Shown: one piece after another, positions 50,266 through 64,000 of the stretch
Layout: the number at the start of each line of letters is the position of its first letter
Numbering within the stretch: position 1 is the stretch's first letter
Origin: Paraspadella gotoi
Taxonomy: Eukaryota > Animalia > Chaetognatha
Assembly (NCBI GenBank): GCA_051294375.1
Contig: CM119266.1
Location: 2,541,551-2,605,550, forward strand
Direction of reading: 5' to 3'
Length of the DNA: 64,000 bases
The notes under the pieces: generated by a model
Seen by the model: only the letters and a program-made list of their open reading frames with translations
Database searches by the model: none
What the model was told of the DNA's origin: nothing
Position numbers and translations under genes: made by a program

Positions 50266-53200
50266 CTAACCAAAACATTGAATTTGAGGAAATGCGCGAT
50301 GCTCTTGTACATTTCTGTCAATGTTTCCTCCAAAACAAAAAAACGCTGACGACCCGATGTGCATTTTCTCACCGGCAACGGGCTCTATGTTGCATCAAAA
50401 CCACCCACTCGCCGCAGAATTCAGTCGAAAGCTCGACTCTCTTATCAAGACATTTTTTCTATCAAACACTTTTGACATCGTCCCTGATGGACTTAAAACG
50501 CTTGGTGATTTCCACCGACTACAAGAAATTAGTCGCTGAAATCGGAGTCAGGCCTGTGAAAGGAAAAATGGTCGCCCCGAAAACCGAATTTCTTGAAATT
50601 TCGTTCCACGTCATCGTTATCGAGGTTGAGAAAGAAAAATTTCCCGAAGGAAATCTTCTCCTTCTCTTCCACCGCTGGATTGAATAACTTTTCTCTCAAT
50701 CGAGCGATGGGCAATATCACGCCGCGCTTGTAGCGAAAACCCGGAAGAAGGTCGAACAAAAGATGGGCGGTTGGATTTTGGGTCGTTACTCTATCAAACT
50801 CCAAGATTTGGTAGTTAGTAATAACAAAGAAAAGGTTCCCCAAGTATTTCAACAAAGCGGATTGTGTAACTTCCAGATAAACTCTCCATTTCAAGTGGAA
50901 CCTTGAGAAGTAAATCTTCCCCGTAGAATCGAGAGATAAGAGTTGGTTATTTCTGTTTCTGAAAACTGATTTACAAATAGATAGCTTTTGATTGCAACGC
51001 CATCGGCGCTTAATGTGACGATGGAATGTCGCCCGTGCTTTTATTTGTGTTCCAAGGAAATCGTCTGGTCCATGACAAAGACATCATGAGGCAAATCTTG
51101 AACATCACCATTCGGCAGCGGCTGCCTCTGCTCCCCAGTACGTAAATTCCTTAAAGGAACGCCAAAAATCCTAGGCCAACAGCAAAATGCCTTTGATCGA
51201 CTCACGGTTCGTCCGCTCTGAGAGTTCGGAGCTTTTATTTCCAATGGATACTCCACAGAATTGACGGCTGAAGATAATTGAATAATCTGATTCCTAAAGA
51301 AAAAAAACAAAGAGCAGTCTCTTAATGTGTCATAGTAATTTTTCATAGAACAAGTCTTTTTATGTCATTGGGATTTCCCACACAAAAACACATCGTTTAC
51401 CTGATGTTATAATGTTTCTGAGAAAGCATCAGAAGATAGTCTGAATTTTTCACCCAATATGTTTGCTCAATATCTTTTTCGTCATCCATCGGAAAAACAA
51501 AAAAATAGAAATTTGTCACAAAGTATGAGATGTGTGACAAAGATTGTCATTAATCTCCTCTATTAAAAACTTCATTGTAGTAAATTCAACTTTTCATTGA
51601 GTCCAGACGCAATATGCCAATGCGAGCAGACATTTTTCTGCGAATGAATCCTTAGCTCGTCTTAAAGAACTCAAGGCTCAAGGTTTGCTTCGAGCATATG
51701 GAAAAATCCTCTGAAGGAAATATAGATTCTCCAAGATTCTTATTTTATGAATTGTTTTCAGAGCCATGCCTACACAAAACGAGGCTTTTGTAACGCAATT
51801 CTTACTATTACCCGCTATAATCTGAAAAAAAATTATATTCTGAAAAAACGCCATGCGGATGATCCAGAATAAATTGAAAGAATATTTTCGAAAGCCCACT
51901 AACGCAGATCCACAGAAAATGTATTGCTCAAGTAAACATTTGACCGCACTCAAAATATCTACGCGCTTCATTTCCCATTTTCCAGTCCGAATGAAGATGC
52001 AAGGGCATCTTAGTTGTTTATTGCCAAAAATTTACCACTAATTATTCTAAAAAGTGAGGGCAATCAGTTTTCGATATAATTTGTTTTATTACCATTAAAC
52101 TGATAAAATTAAGCCGCGAATTACCTCAACAACTCCTGGCGGTTCTAGAGAATTTTCGAGCTCTTGATAAAATTATCCACTTCCGAAGATAAAATGACAT
52201 CTCCAAACAATTTTGATAATCTTCAAGCCATTCTAAGCTTCTCTCCGTGTCCACTTGTCTGAATAGTATTCTATTTCTCGCGTAGAGTTTACCTTCCTCT
52301 ACGATTACTTAGTCTTCTTTTGCTCAAGAGATTTCATCATTCCCTCTTTGCTGCCCGGTTGAAAACTTCCTGGTACACTTCTAAATCGTCGTCATAGTTT
52401 TTTTCCTGAAAACATTCCCACACAAACATAACTAATATCATTAGGTAAATTCAGCCAGAAAAAATAATGCTCGACTTGATCAATTTTTCTCGATTTGCTT
52501 CTCGAAACTGTTTCTCTGCTGGACCAAAATCATCGACAAATTCTAAACTTGTTCTTGAGTTAAAGGAGCAATTTGAAGTTTGAGCAAGTCAGCAATCAAC
52601 TTTTTTCAGAAGGCCATTTCACTGGCCGAGTCAAAAATAGGAAAGAGCTCGATCCGAATTTCAGACTGAGAAAAGATTTTTTTCAAAAGAAATCATAAGC
52701 ACGCTGATTGAGATGAACAAAAGTCAAGTCCATCGAAAATCCACAAAATCTTCTCCGCATTTTTCTTCTAGCTTTTTGTAGGTCGTGTATCTTTCAAAGA
52801 AAGGTACTGCGTTAATAAGATTATACCAAACAAGTCCTTCATGAAAAGTCGATCAGCTGCTACACCAAAGGAAAAACCATCAGTAATTCTTTCCAAGTTT
52901 TCTCCATTAGCCATTTCCACACCATATATTTTGACAACATGGATTTTCCCGCAACCTCCATTGCAGTGAATGAGATTTTACTGTTTCTCTCAAAAACTTT
53001 CCATTAATTCCTCGAAATAGTAATAATCACAAATTTTAGACTCCATGTCGTCTTGTTCTTCGTCGCTTTCTAATCATATTCATATTTCTATGTTGTTTTC
53101 GAAATGTTTTGCTTTGAGTATTTCCAACAGGAATTTGATGCTCGTTGACATTCCTCAGCAGCTTCTTACCTGACTCGTCACTAGATTTCTAAACTAGGTA

Positions 53201-54054
53201 TTTCACTAGAATCGTAAATGAATTTTTCACGGCTTCTTGAAGATTCTGAATCATCTAGACATTACTAGCGTTCACATTATATAGGTCTTCTAGAGAGCAA
53301 TAAGCTGTTGCTTTGGTTCCATGAACAATAAAAGATCCTTTTTGTTATGTTTTCATTTCTCCTGGAAGACTTCCGATTTCTCGTATTCTTAATCACTTGC
53401 CTTTTTCTGACGAGCTTCTGGACGGGGGTTGTTTTGAAGCATCATTGGAAATTTCATTCCATTTTTTCGGCGAAACCAGAATTCGTCTTCCAAGTGTACG
53501 TTTGCTTGATCTCTGCATCTTGCTTCCATATCTCTTAAACGTTACAAACTATCTCCTCAAACCGATCTCTGAGATACCCAACCATTAGCTTCAACTCCGC
53601 GTGATCCTGCAACTAGAGACTGAAAATTTCCACACTAGCGAACCACGTGACAAATTTCTAACGAGTTCCATGCTCTTCAGCGTTTCGATGGCGACTTCGT
53701 TTCTCTTTTTGCTGAGTTTTCACTTCCGCGTAATCCGCTTATCGGTGAATCTTTGAGTGCGTGTCTTGAAAAATTTTATGTTTCGGCCATTGTCCAATGA
53801 TCCGGGGATCATTTGCCGTCGAAATGATTTTTCCTTCGTTGATTCGAATAAAAACCTGAATTGCTTGAGGTAAGTTGCGATTTCGATTGCACCATTGTTC
53901 CATAATCGACCCTCGTTCCACTGCTTATTGGTTTGAGAGAAGTTCGACCCCATTAGAACTCTTTGTGACATTTTAAAGCGGCTCACCCTCGAACAAAATC
54001 CGGAAGAGGTTAAGGTGAAGATGACGCCCGAGGCGAAGGGTTACGCTCCGCCAT
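50266..54054 (-). pseudogene. Inverted second copy of the HEPN-NACHT-Kelch gene (frameshifted as assembled; may be intact in reality)
   Basis: Full-length reverse complement from ATG (54054) to TAG (50266), with the intron retained (51294-51400). Disruptions are mostly 1-nt indels typical of raw long reads. Confidence 0.7.
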
Positions 54055-54374
54055 TAGTACCAGAAAATTAGGACAGGAAATAGAGAACTAGCACATAATT
54101 GACAGACAGACCATTCCTAAATATAGTAAAATATTTAACACTGAAAGATATGATTAATCAGTGGATTATTAAATAGTTGTTTTTTTTTAAATACTGACCA
54201 GGAGAAAGAACGCTATTGTATTAAAATTACGTCGAACGGATTTAAAGTGATTTTTTCGAAATTTTTGGTCTTCGCAGAAAAATGTTATTCAAACTCATAT
54301 GGAGCCATCTAAGTCCGTAGTAGTGATGTTTTCTCGATAACAGAGACATAGATAAGAAGACGGTAACAATTATA

Positions 54375-57300
54375 TGTAAACAACCAGAGAATGGATTATC
54401 TAGGGGCTTGCTCCTCTTGCTTCTCCGTTCTTTTCTTCTGTGATGACCATATCAGAGATGGAGCTTTTCCCTCAGGAAACCGACGCAGATGAAACGTAGA
54501 GACGAACGAATCAAACTCTTTCAACTTACCTTCAAGAAACAAACATCAAACTCCTTCTATGGTAAATTTTTTGATATCTGTTTATTGCCTGCCATTTCTC
54601 TTGCATAATCTACATATTTTGTTATGTTAATTATCATCATCCCAAGTTTCTCTATGTGCAATAAAACTCCTCCTATTCTCCCTTAATAAACCACGCCTAC
54701 TTCCTTCGTTGTGGTGACAGACTGGATTAGACTCACCACGCCTCCTAAGAAGAACCACCTACCAAAATTACACTACCCTCCATCAAAAATTACGCTACCC
54801 TACAAAAAGAATTAACGTCATCCTACGTAAACTTCCGATTGACTACTCCAAAAATATTTATATAAAAAAAAATTTAAAAAAAAAGATAAAAAGATTCCAA
54901 CCAACAATTTTCTAAACAGTAAAAACGAACCTCAAAAAACGATTTTATAACAAGAATAAAATCAAGACTGAAAATTTAAAACAAATACCCATTTTGCGAA
55001 TTCAGGAGTGCGTTTAAACAGCCTGAAGGCAAAAAAAAAACAAAAAAAAAAACCCCTCAATCTCTCAAAAAAAGAATAGTCCTCCAGGAAAATTAAATTT
55101 AAAGCTACAAAAAAAAAAAAAAAAAAGAAATTCTTCGAACATGATTAAAGCTCATATGACGGTAATTTAAATATTCCCAGACTTAGTAAAATAGAAGTTT
55201 AAAATTCCACACGGCCGCGCCCCCCTTACATTGGATTCTGTTAAAAAAAAAAAACGACGCCAAACTAACAAAAATCGCCTTCCGGACTTTCCCAACAACC
55301 ATGGTTTTTCTCTGAGCCACGCCGTCACGACCCAGCATTGCTCCCAAACACAAAAAGAAAAACTCGATCTCTCCCTAAATCCTATCCAGAATAAAAAAAC
55401 CAGGCAAAAATCGCGACATTTAAAAAACAATTAAAATTCCTCTCTCACCCTTTTAACAAAATGCTTCCTACACATAAAAACCGTCACTCCGTCGTCGTTC
55501 GTGTTGGATAAACAACAACGAAAGAAACTGCACACGAAGACCGCACCACAGACAAATGCCCAATCCGGGACCAAACAAAAGTCAATTTGAGAGAAATACA
55601 GCTTCTAGAGCTTCATTTCTCACCCACCACCGTACTCTATTTCCCGCGCCAATAAGCAATGAAGTATTGAAATAATTTTTAAGAAATGCATCTCTACTAC
55701 CAAGTACTTTTCAGCCCCCTCTCATACATTTATGGACCGCACATTGGATTAGTAATAACTATTTCAAAATTTAACTTAACTCCATCGAGGCCCGACTTTC
55801 ATTTAAGAAGCACCAAGCACCTCATTATGCATCTTCAAAAAAGAATCACAAACCAAACCTTGGCAACATGGATATCGTACCAATTCAGATCGGTGAAGAC
55901 AAGAGATAACTTCATCCTAACTGATGACAAACATTATTATTGATCAGGTCCTTAGAAAAAAACTTAGTGATTGTACATAAGTTGCCTATGATATGAAAAG
56001 ATGGCATTATTTTTAAAGCTGAAATATATTGATCAGTTATAGTGCCCGTAGAAAAGCAATAAAAGAAAAAAAGAAAAAAAGAAAGGAAAAGAAGAAAAAG
56101 GATAGAGAAAAGAATTAAAGAGGAAAGTACGTTCACAGGTGAATTTATTCTATATATGGCACAACTTTTTTAAACACCTCAAAACCATTTCAATATATCT
56201 GAAGGTTGCGTGTGGACTATAAGCATATATATTTTAAAAAACGAAAAAGTAAAAAAAACGATAGTAATGTAAAAAGACCACAGAGGAAGTTATAGAAATG
56301 AGTAGCTCGCAATTCATACATACCACACACCCTCTCTGAAAAATCGTAAGAACTCCAAAACAGCACCTACCACCTAAGGAAACTTTACCATAGAACAGTA
56401 TTTGCCGAATATTCTCTGGGCCACCTGAACTTAGGAAAAGAAAAAGCCAGCAATTCTCCCTGCTACAAACACTCAACTAAATCAAAACCATAAAGGATCA
56501 GGAAATACAAAAAGATGCCTTACATCCAAAACATTGCAATTGAACAATTAACACAAAAACAGATAAATCCCCAATATTGTTAATATAGCAGAACAAAAGA
56601 TAACGAATACAGAATACATTAAAGAACCTACAAAAGAGCAAAAAAACATATTAAATAAAGACAGTGTCAACACAACATGATGAACCCCCAAATAGCTAAA
56701 AAATAACAATTGGCAACACAATAATCTGTAATGAAACCCACCATAATTTAGCAAGTTAAATGCCAATACAAAACTTGGAAGAACCCCCCAAGCCAAAACA
56801 GATTTACAGTCTACCTGACTTTCTCAATTTGATTAAAACTCTCTCAGGATACCCAGATGAAAATTCTAAATCCTTCACCAAATCAGACCTACACGAGCTG
56901 CCTTGAACATACACAAAAATTTGAGATCAATTCATATTTTGAGCAATCTCAATGAGAACTTACAAAGAAGAAGATCTCGACCAATAAGTCTATCCAATGA
57001 AACACGCAGCATTTATACAATTCAAATAACATAATGGAACCGTCCCACAGCAACTAGCTAAAAGTCCTCTCCCCAGTGTAAAGCTTGAACAAATATATTA
57101 CATCCATAGGACCAACTGAGAAAAACTTACTACTGAAATGTCAAGCTTGAAAAATCTTAGTACAAAACATTAATCTCAAAATTATAAGCAGTCATAATCA
57201 GAAACAAGTTGAGAAAAGAAAAAACACTAAGAAACCAAGCAGATCCTATCAGAATCATCCCAAACTAGGATGGATCTTAAAATATCAAACCAAACCATCA

Positions 57301-58010
57301 ATCCACCCAAAAACCTAAAAATTAACAAAGATACCATATACACAGTGCTAAAACCCTTATTGGCAAAGCCTAGAAGCACTATCTATGCTCTCAAACTCTG
57401 CTAAAGCAAATTAACATATGAATCCATTTACATTACAATGACCACGGGTGTATTGGTAGCAATACCTCCCGTATTGGACATCAACCTTCTCCACAGCCTC
57501 TTTATCCATACACCATACTAAAAGAGGAGAGACTTAATGAGTGAAAACGACAAAACCCGGGGCCAAGTATAGTTTACATAGGATGATGGATGAATAGAGA
57601 CTTGGATAATGACACGCTCACCAAGGTCTCAGATGACACCGAAAGTCCTACGCATATGAAGGAGGGGGTGACAACGCCAGAGAAACTGGATGTATCTAGT
57701 GCTTTTGCTCTCTCTTGGCTCTCCGTCTTCTTCTGATGTGACCAACCGCCCGAGGCTTCCCTCAGGAAACCGACAGGCAGAGAAACGAGAGAGGAACGAG
57801 ATCACTCTTCAACTTACCTCAAAGAAACAAACATCAAACTCCTTCATGTAATATTTTGTTATATTAGTTTATTGCCTCCATTTCTCTGCATATCTAGCAT
57901 ATTTTGGTATGTTAAATTATCATCATCCCAAGTGTCTTATGTCAATAAAACTCCTCCATATTTCTCCCATTAATAAACACCTATGCCCTACTCCTTCGTG
58001 TTAAGACTCT
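54375..58010 (+). mobile_element. Non-autonomous or degenerate LTR retroelement inserted in the right arm
   Basis: ~340-bp direct repeats (~54375-54720, ~57669-58010), PPT GAAGGAGGGGG directly before the second LTR, TG starts, inserted after TATA. No long ORF in the noisy interior. Confidence 0.8.
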
Positions 58011-58552
58011 CAATAACTGAGTAACACATAGAGAAGCTGATTTGTTCATCATTTATGGTTATATGATAAAATTATGATATAGTGACTATTTAAATAACAA
58101 GTACTCTCTCCTTACATCTCACTAAATCTACTTTCTTTCAGGTCCGTTGTTGTATCATTTATCATTTATCATTTATCCCTTCCCTCTCTCCCTTCCATTC
58201 CTCCCTTCCCTTCCTCCCTTCCCTTCCTCCCTTCCCTTCCTCCCTTCCCTTCCTCCCTTTCTTCCTCTCCCTTTCCTCCCTTCCCTTCCCTCCTTCTCCT
58301 CCCTAAATCAATGACGTCACTCACACAAAAATAAACCAGTTGTTTTCTTTTTTTTCTTCTCTTTTTTTTCTTCTCTGTTTCGTCTTTTGTTTTGTTTTAA
58401 GCGAAATCAATCTTTTGTTTTTGTTTGCGCGTTTGTTTTTGTTTGGAGTGAAGTCAATGAGCCGAGACCAGGAAATTGGTTTCGTTAGGAGTCGCGCAAA
58501 ATAGAAAGGCGTTTTTTTTTAATGCTGTGACTTGCTCTCTCTCTTTTTGTCT

Positions 58553-58629
<77 letters not shown>

Positions 58630-59805
58630 CCTCTCCCTCTCCCTCTCTCTCCCTCTCTCTCCCTCGTTATTCCCGAAGATGCTCCCCAGCCAACGTGGCT
58701 TTTAAGAGGGTCACGTAGAAAAGCGTTTTTACGATTCGCGTGAGGAAGGGGGGAGGGGAGTGGAGGGGAGTGGAGTGGAGTGGAGTGGAGGGAGTGGGGG
58801 AGTGACAGGTGGTGACGAAAAGGGTCGGGGACTAGAGGACTAGGGGACTAGGGGACTAGGGGTGTTGCCCGGGGTTGGGGTACAATGTGTCGGGTTTGAG
58901 TTCATGAGCGTCAGTTTTCAAATATGTTTTCTCATCTTAATCAAAGACGGATGTTTATTGTTTATTGTTTATGTTTATTAAAGACCGCCGAGTAATTTCT
59001 CATTAATGTTTAAATAATACTTTGAGATTAATGCCTAAATAGAAATTACAATGATGATAATTGGAGATTAAATAACCAATTTATCCAACTTGAGTTCAAA
59101 TATTTAGCTGAACTAAAACTATGATATGTTATTCAATCAATCAATCAATTTATATAATTTATATCACGTCTCACGTAAACGCACACACGACTCGCACGCA
59201 AAACTCCCTCACACAAACACACAGACAACTCCATTCACGCGTTCACTTCTCACATCTCACGCTCTCTTCTTTTGTCTCTTACTCGTGACGGCGTGACGCG
59301 TCTATTGCTTCGCCAATTTCCGGTCTAAAAAAAATGGGGCGTCAAACTCTTTGTCTTTGTTATCTCGCTCTCTTTCTCTCCCTTTCTTTTTCTCTCTATC
59401 TCTCTTTTTAAATCTATCCGTTCTTTTTTTTTCTTTCTTTCTTTCTTTCTTTTTTTCTTTCTTTCTTTCTTTTATCTTTTTGTCTCTTTCTCATTCTTTA
59501 ACTCTCCCTCTCTCTCTCTCTCTTTTTCCCCCCTCCTCTTTCTCTCTCTCTCTAATTTCTACCATGCCAGTTTCGCCTCACTTTCAAACTCTATAGGAAC
59601 GAGGCTCCATCTCTTACAAGTCCTCTTCCACTCTTTATTTTCCTCTCTCAACTCCTCCTCTTCTCCTCGTTCTCTCCCTCGAAAAGTTGACGAGTTGACG
59701 AATAAAGAAAAGAGGCTCTCTTTCTTCTTTTAACTGTCTTCTCTCTTGTCTCTCGCTCGCTTTCTTTCTCTCTCTCTTTCTCTCTCTCTTCTCTCTCTCT
59801 TCTCT

Positions 59806-59836
<31 letters not shown>

Positions 59837-59841
59837 TCTCT

Positions 59842-59872
<31 letters not shown>

Positions 59873-59968
59873 TCTGAGAAACTTTCATACATAAACATGG
59901 TTTCTTTTAATCAAAACGCGCGAAAGAATTCTCTCTGGGGAAGTCGGACCCTGAATTTCTGTTATGAA

Positions 59969-60012
<44 letters not shown>

Positions 60013-60834
60013 GAGAGAGAGAGAAGAGAGAGAGAGAGGAGAGAGAGAGAAAAGAGAGAGAGAGAATCGGAGTGGCTGAGAAAGCAGTTTTCTTTTGCAT
60101 TTTGTGAAATTTAATAGAGAATGGGCGAGACTGCGAGAGGGATGATGAGAGAGAGCGCGAGACAGGATACTATAGATCCGCGGAGAGGGTAGAGATATCC
60201 TCCCTGTATAGTCTGTCCAATAGTGTCCATAGTGTCCATAGTCAGGGCCAAGACAGCTTAGTTATTAAATGAATGGATAATTTTTATATTGGTTGTCCCA
60301 ATTTCAAAAGAGAGGGAAAGCAGTGATACAAGTATATAAGTGTATTTAAGTATATAAGACGCTAATAAAGGAGACAGTAAGAGAGAGAGGGAGATAAGTC
60401 GATTATCATTTAAATCACTTCACCTTAAATAATAATCAAAATTCCCGCAAGAGAATTTATTCAAATCGAGTGGAAATCAATCTTTGCTTCGAAATCAGTT
60501 CTCGAGTTCGAAGGAGAAAAAGTTTGACCGATGAAAGATTAAAAATAGAAATTCTTTTTTCATCTCATGAATAAGAAAAATCGACGGGGAAGGGATTGAG
60601 GGCTCTATTTTCTAAAAGCCCCTCATTTCTGTTTCTTAATCCCTCCGTTAATGTCTCTTTCGTGTAATCGACCCAGTAATGACATTCCAGTAATGTTGCT
60701 CCAGTAATGTCGATAGGGATTGAAGCTTTATTAATGTCGCTCCAGTCTCTCCGCTATCTTTTTCTCTCCTCCTTTGATTTAAGAATCTCGTTTGGGGATG
60801 AAATAGGATTTTTTATGAACTCATTACTTGGATG

Positions 60835-61003
<169 letters not shown>

Positions 61004-61413
61004 AAGACAAATGGGGCTCGCGATATAAATATCGTTTTTATGGTGGAACCACGATCGAGTTTCGTCATCGGTCACGTACCATATGTCATCCCAGTTGTTA
61101 CGGTGTCAGCGTCGTTTTTATCGCTTCTAAAATAAATCACTTCGCTTCTCAGGTTAGATTAAGATTTTTTTTAAATAAATCTCTTTGCTAGTCGATATAA
61201 ATATTAATATATTCAATTACAGAGAATGAGATAAACCATCACATTTTTTTTCGTTTTAAAAGATTTCTAAAAACTGACATGAGCTGAAGTAAGAAATCGG
61301 ATTATTACTTAAAATTATAATTTCTCGATGTAAAGATTAATTGTTGAGAGGAAATTAGCACCGAACGTAAAAAGCGACGTTGATGGCGGAAAAGACGCGA
61401 ATGAAAAGGAGAC

Positions 61414-61449
<36 letters not shown>

Positions 61450-62021
61450 AGGAAATCTTCCGATTCTTTGTGACGGTGAGAATTCGTGAAAAGGACAACA
61501 ACAACAACAACGACAATAAAATGATGGAGACAAACGTGGTTTCGACGCTGAAGATTTTCCTCGTTTATTCTCGTCGGAGTCACTTCGTTGTCTTTTGTTC
61601 GAGCCACAATGCAAGTCTGACAATAAAAAATTATTTTGTTTTCATGAATAAAATATCTGGTTTAAATTAGAGAGAAGCGAAAGAGATTTAACCTTTTTAT
61701 TTCTTTTGTGAAACCCACTGCCATTACCATAATTATTACTACCTATTTCTACCTATTACCAATTTACCGCAGTTGATGATATTCATCTCCGCATTTTCCA
61801 ACAGCGAATATTAGATTTTGAAAATGAAATAAAATCAGGCCAATAATTTCTCGATCGAACCTGATCGAGAGCAATTCTGATTAAATCAGATCAGATTAAA
61901 AAATAAAATTAAAAAAAAAAGTATTGGAGATAATGTTTTAATAACATTAAATATTAAACTAAAAACCACCTTCTATACCACCTTTCTTTCTCCCTCCCCC
62001 CCACAAAAAAACACCCAACAG

Positions 62022-62138
62022 GAGCCGAAAAAGTTTGCGTTCGATCACTCCTATTGGTCGCACGACTCCTTCGTGGAAGGAGAAGAAGGATACTTGAGTC
62101 CAGATGGAGCGGCGTCGCCTTACGCTGATCAGGAGAAG
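62022..62138 (+). CDS. KIF28: Kinesin-3 (KIF28-like), exon 2
   Basis: CAG|EPKKFAFDHSYWSHD...YADQEK|GTAAGT. FDHSYWS is kinesin-3 typical; phase 0/0. Confidence 0.92.
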
Positions 62139-62186
62139 GTAAGTTTAGGAGAAGACGGGTCGGTCGGTCGTTCAGGTCTGTCTCTT

Positions 62187-62276
<90 letters not shown>

Positions 62277-62532
62277 ACTCTTTTGCTCTTTCTCTCTCTC
62301 TCTCCGTTTGGCTTAGTTGGTGTTATTCTTAGTATTTTAGTCATTGCCGAATGGTAAGTCACACGTTTCTTGAATCTTCTTCATGCTTGCCTTGTCACTT
62401 AACCATGCAGAACTTGGGTCCCGTGATCTGAAAGTGAATTCGGCACATTTCGTATATATATAATATTGAGTTGAGTTTTGCTTAATTTGACGAGGCTCCT
62501 CCACGCCCCTTTTCCCTCTTCTTCTCAAACAG

Positions 62533-62694
62533 GTCTTCAGCGACGTCGGCTCTGGCATCCTCGACAATTCCTGGGCCGGTTACAACTCGACCCTCTTCGC
62601 CTACGGACAGACAGGTTCGGGCAAGTCTTACTCCATCGTTGGCTACGGGAAGAACAGAGGAGTCGTCCCCATCTTTTGCGAGAGGCTGTTCAAG
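62533..62694 (+). CDS. KIF28: Kinesin-3 (KIF28-like), exon 3 with P-loop
   Basis: CAG|VFSDVG..GYNSTLFAYGQTGSGKSYSIVGYGKNRGVVPIFCERLFK|GTGAG. Confidence 0.95.
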
Positions 62695-63138
62695 GTGAGG
62701 ACTGGGTAGGGGAAGGTGGGGATGGGCTTAGTGGCTGGAGAGGCGGTGGGTAGACTCAGGAAAAAACTAACCCCTAGTTTATTATGGTATGGCATAAGTG
62801 ACGCCCCTCAATCTCTAACCTTCTCTAGTTTAGATTTATCTTAAAATCAACCATTTAAGCTCTAACTTCCCTTCCCACTTTATCCCTAAACCTACCTCAA
62901 TTCTAAATCCCTAACACACGATTTCTTGATAGCTAAGAGCACGGTCTCCATCCTAGGTTACCTCTCGGTTAATCCAAAATTAGGCCCGTGAATTTGGACC
63001 GAAACACTATATGTTTAATATGTTTATATAGTAAACAAGATTGAATACCGAACACGGATTGAAAGACAGATAGATGGGGAAAAAGGTTTATTTCTAAATA
63101 CGGTGCAGCGTCTGAGTCTCGAACCTTCGACCTTCCAG

Positions 63139-63286
63139 GGAATCGCGGAGAAGAAACCGAATTTGGGCGAAAACGAGGACCTGAAAGTGAAATTTTCGAT
63201 GTTGGAAATTTATTCGGAACAAGTCAGGGATTTGCTGAACCCAAAGGCGAACAAAGGAGGAGGGCTGAAGGTCAGGCAGCATCCAG
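63139..63286 (+). CDS. KIF28: Kinesin-3 (KIF28-like), exon 4; the gene continues beyond the window
   Basis: CAG|GIAEKK..FSMLEIYSEQVRDLLNP..GLKVRQHP G|GTGAGT. Confidence 0.92.
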
Positions 63287-63344
63287 GTGAGTGAATGAGG
63301 CAGGGATAGAGAAAGGGATAGAGAAAGAAAGAAAGAAAGAAAAA

Positions 63345-63380
<36 letters not shown>

Positions 63381-63502
63381 AATAAATAACGACTTAAAAC
63401 AGTCAGGTCAAGTCAGACAGACCGCGTGTTTTCTTTATTTGTGAGTCAACCTTCCGCTTTTTTTCTTTTCCGCACCTGTGAACTTGGCACGAAGAGACAC
63501 AC

Positions 63503-63537
<35 letters not shown>

Positions 63538-63543
63538 GAAGAG

Positions 63544-63687
<144 letters not shown>

Positions 63688-63822
63688 AAGAATTGTTGGG
63701 TAATTGCGGGTTGTTTTCTGTCATTTATGGCCCTGAGTTCCTGTTGCTAAGCGACGCTTTCCCCGTTTTTTCGCTCTGTTAATCCCAAAAGTTGTTTTCG
63801 TTCAGGAAAGCGTCGGTGACTT

Positions 63823-63877
<55 letters not shown>

Positions 63878-64000
63878 TGGATGTATCTCCATCCGCATGA
63901 TGGACGCGATGTGGTTGTCGTCGTCGTCGTCATTTATTTTCCCATGAAAATAAATTAGAACTGACATTGAGACTGAGTGCCTGTCGGCGGAATGTGCAAG

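Larger units (their letters stand above)
37235..58098. repeat. Giant inverted duplication: left arm ~37235-45585, spacer ~230 bp, right arm ~45815-58098 (interrupted by an LTR element)
   Basis: The right arm is the colinear reverse complement of the left, including the gene, its intron, the Tc1-like element and the poly-A/poly-T tract. Arm homology resumes at ~58011-58098 after the LTR insertion. Confidence 0.9.

Noticed and set aside
50266-54054. Treating the inverted copy as a proven pseudogene
   Set aside because: The indel-dominated error pattern extends equally through non-coding DNA, consistent with unpolished reads, so its status is undetermined.

Overview
AT-rich, microsatellite-laden animal (metazoan) genomic DNA from a gapped assembly. 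Several blocks look like unpolished long-read fill with dense 1-nt indels (about 1-4.4 kb and about 45.3-58.1 kb). The left half is mostly mobile DNA: an apparently intact CsRn1-clade Ty3/Gypsy LTR retrotransposon (9502-15847, minus), a ~680-bp TRIM whose LTRs contain a tRNA-like Pol III promoter, tRNA-derived SINEs, and a 3.8-kb non-autonomous hAT element whose empty site is visible in an adjacent duplicated segment. The right half holds the first four exons of a kinesin-3 (KIF28/KLP-6-like) gene. Its 28.6-kb first intron contains the most interesting feature: a two-exon gene (37611-41347, ~1211 aa after removing one in-frame 101-nt GT-AG intron) encoding a DZIP3-like HEPN (RxxxxH) domain, a NACHT NTPase and a Kelch beta-propeller. 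This is an NLR-like 'RNase effector / STAND switch / Kelch sensor' architecture. The gene lies in one arm of a ~21-kb inverted duplication, and the mirror arm carries a second copy plus an arm-specific LTR insertion. All domain calls are by eye from motifs; no database search was run.
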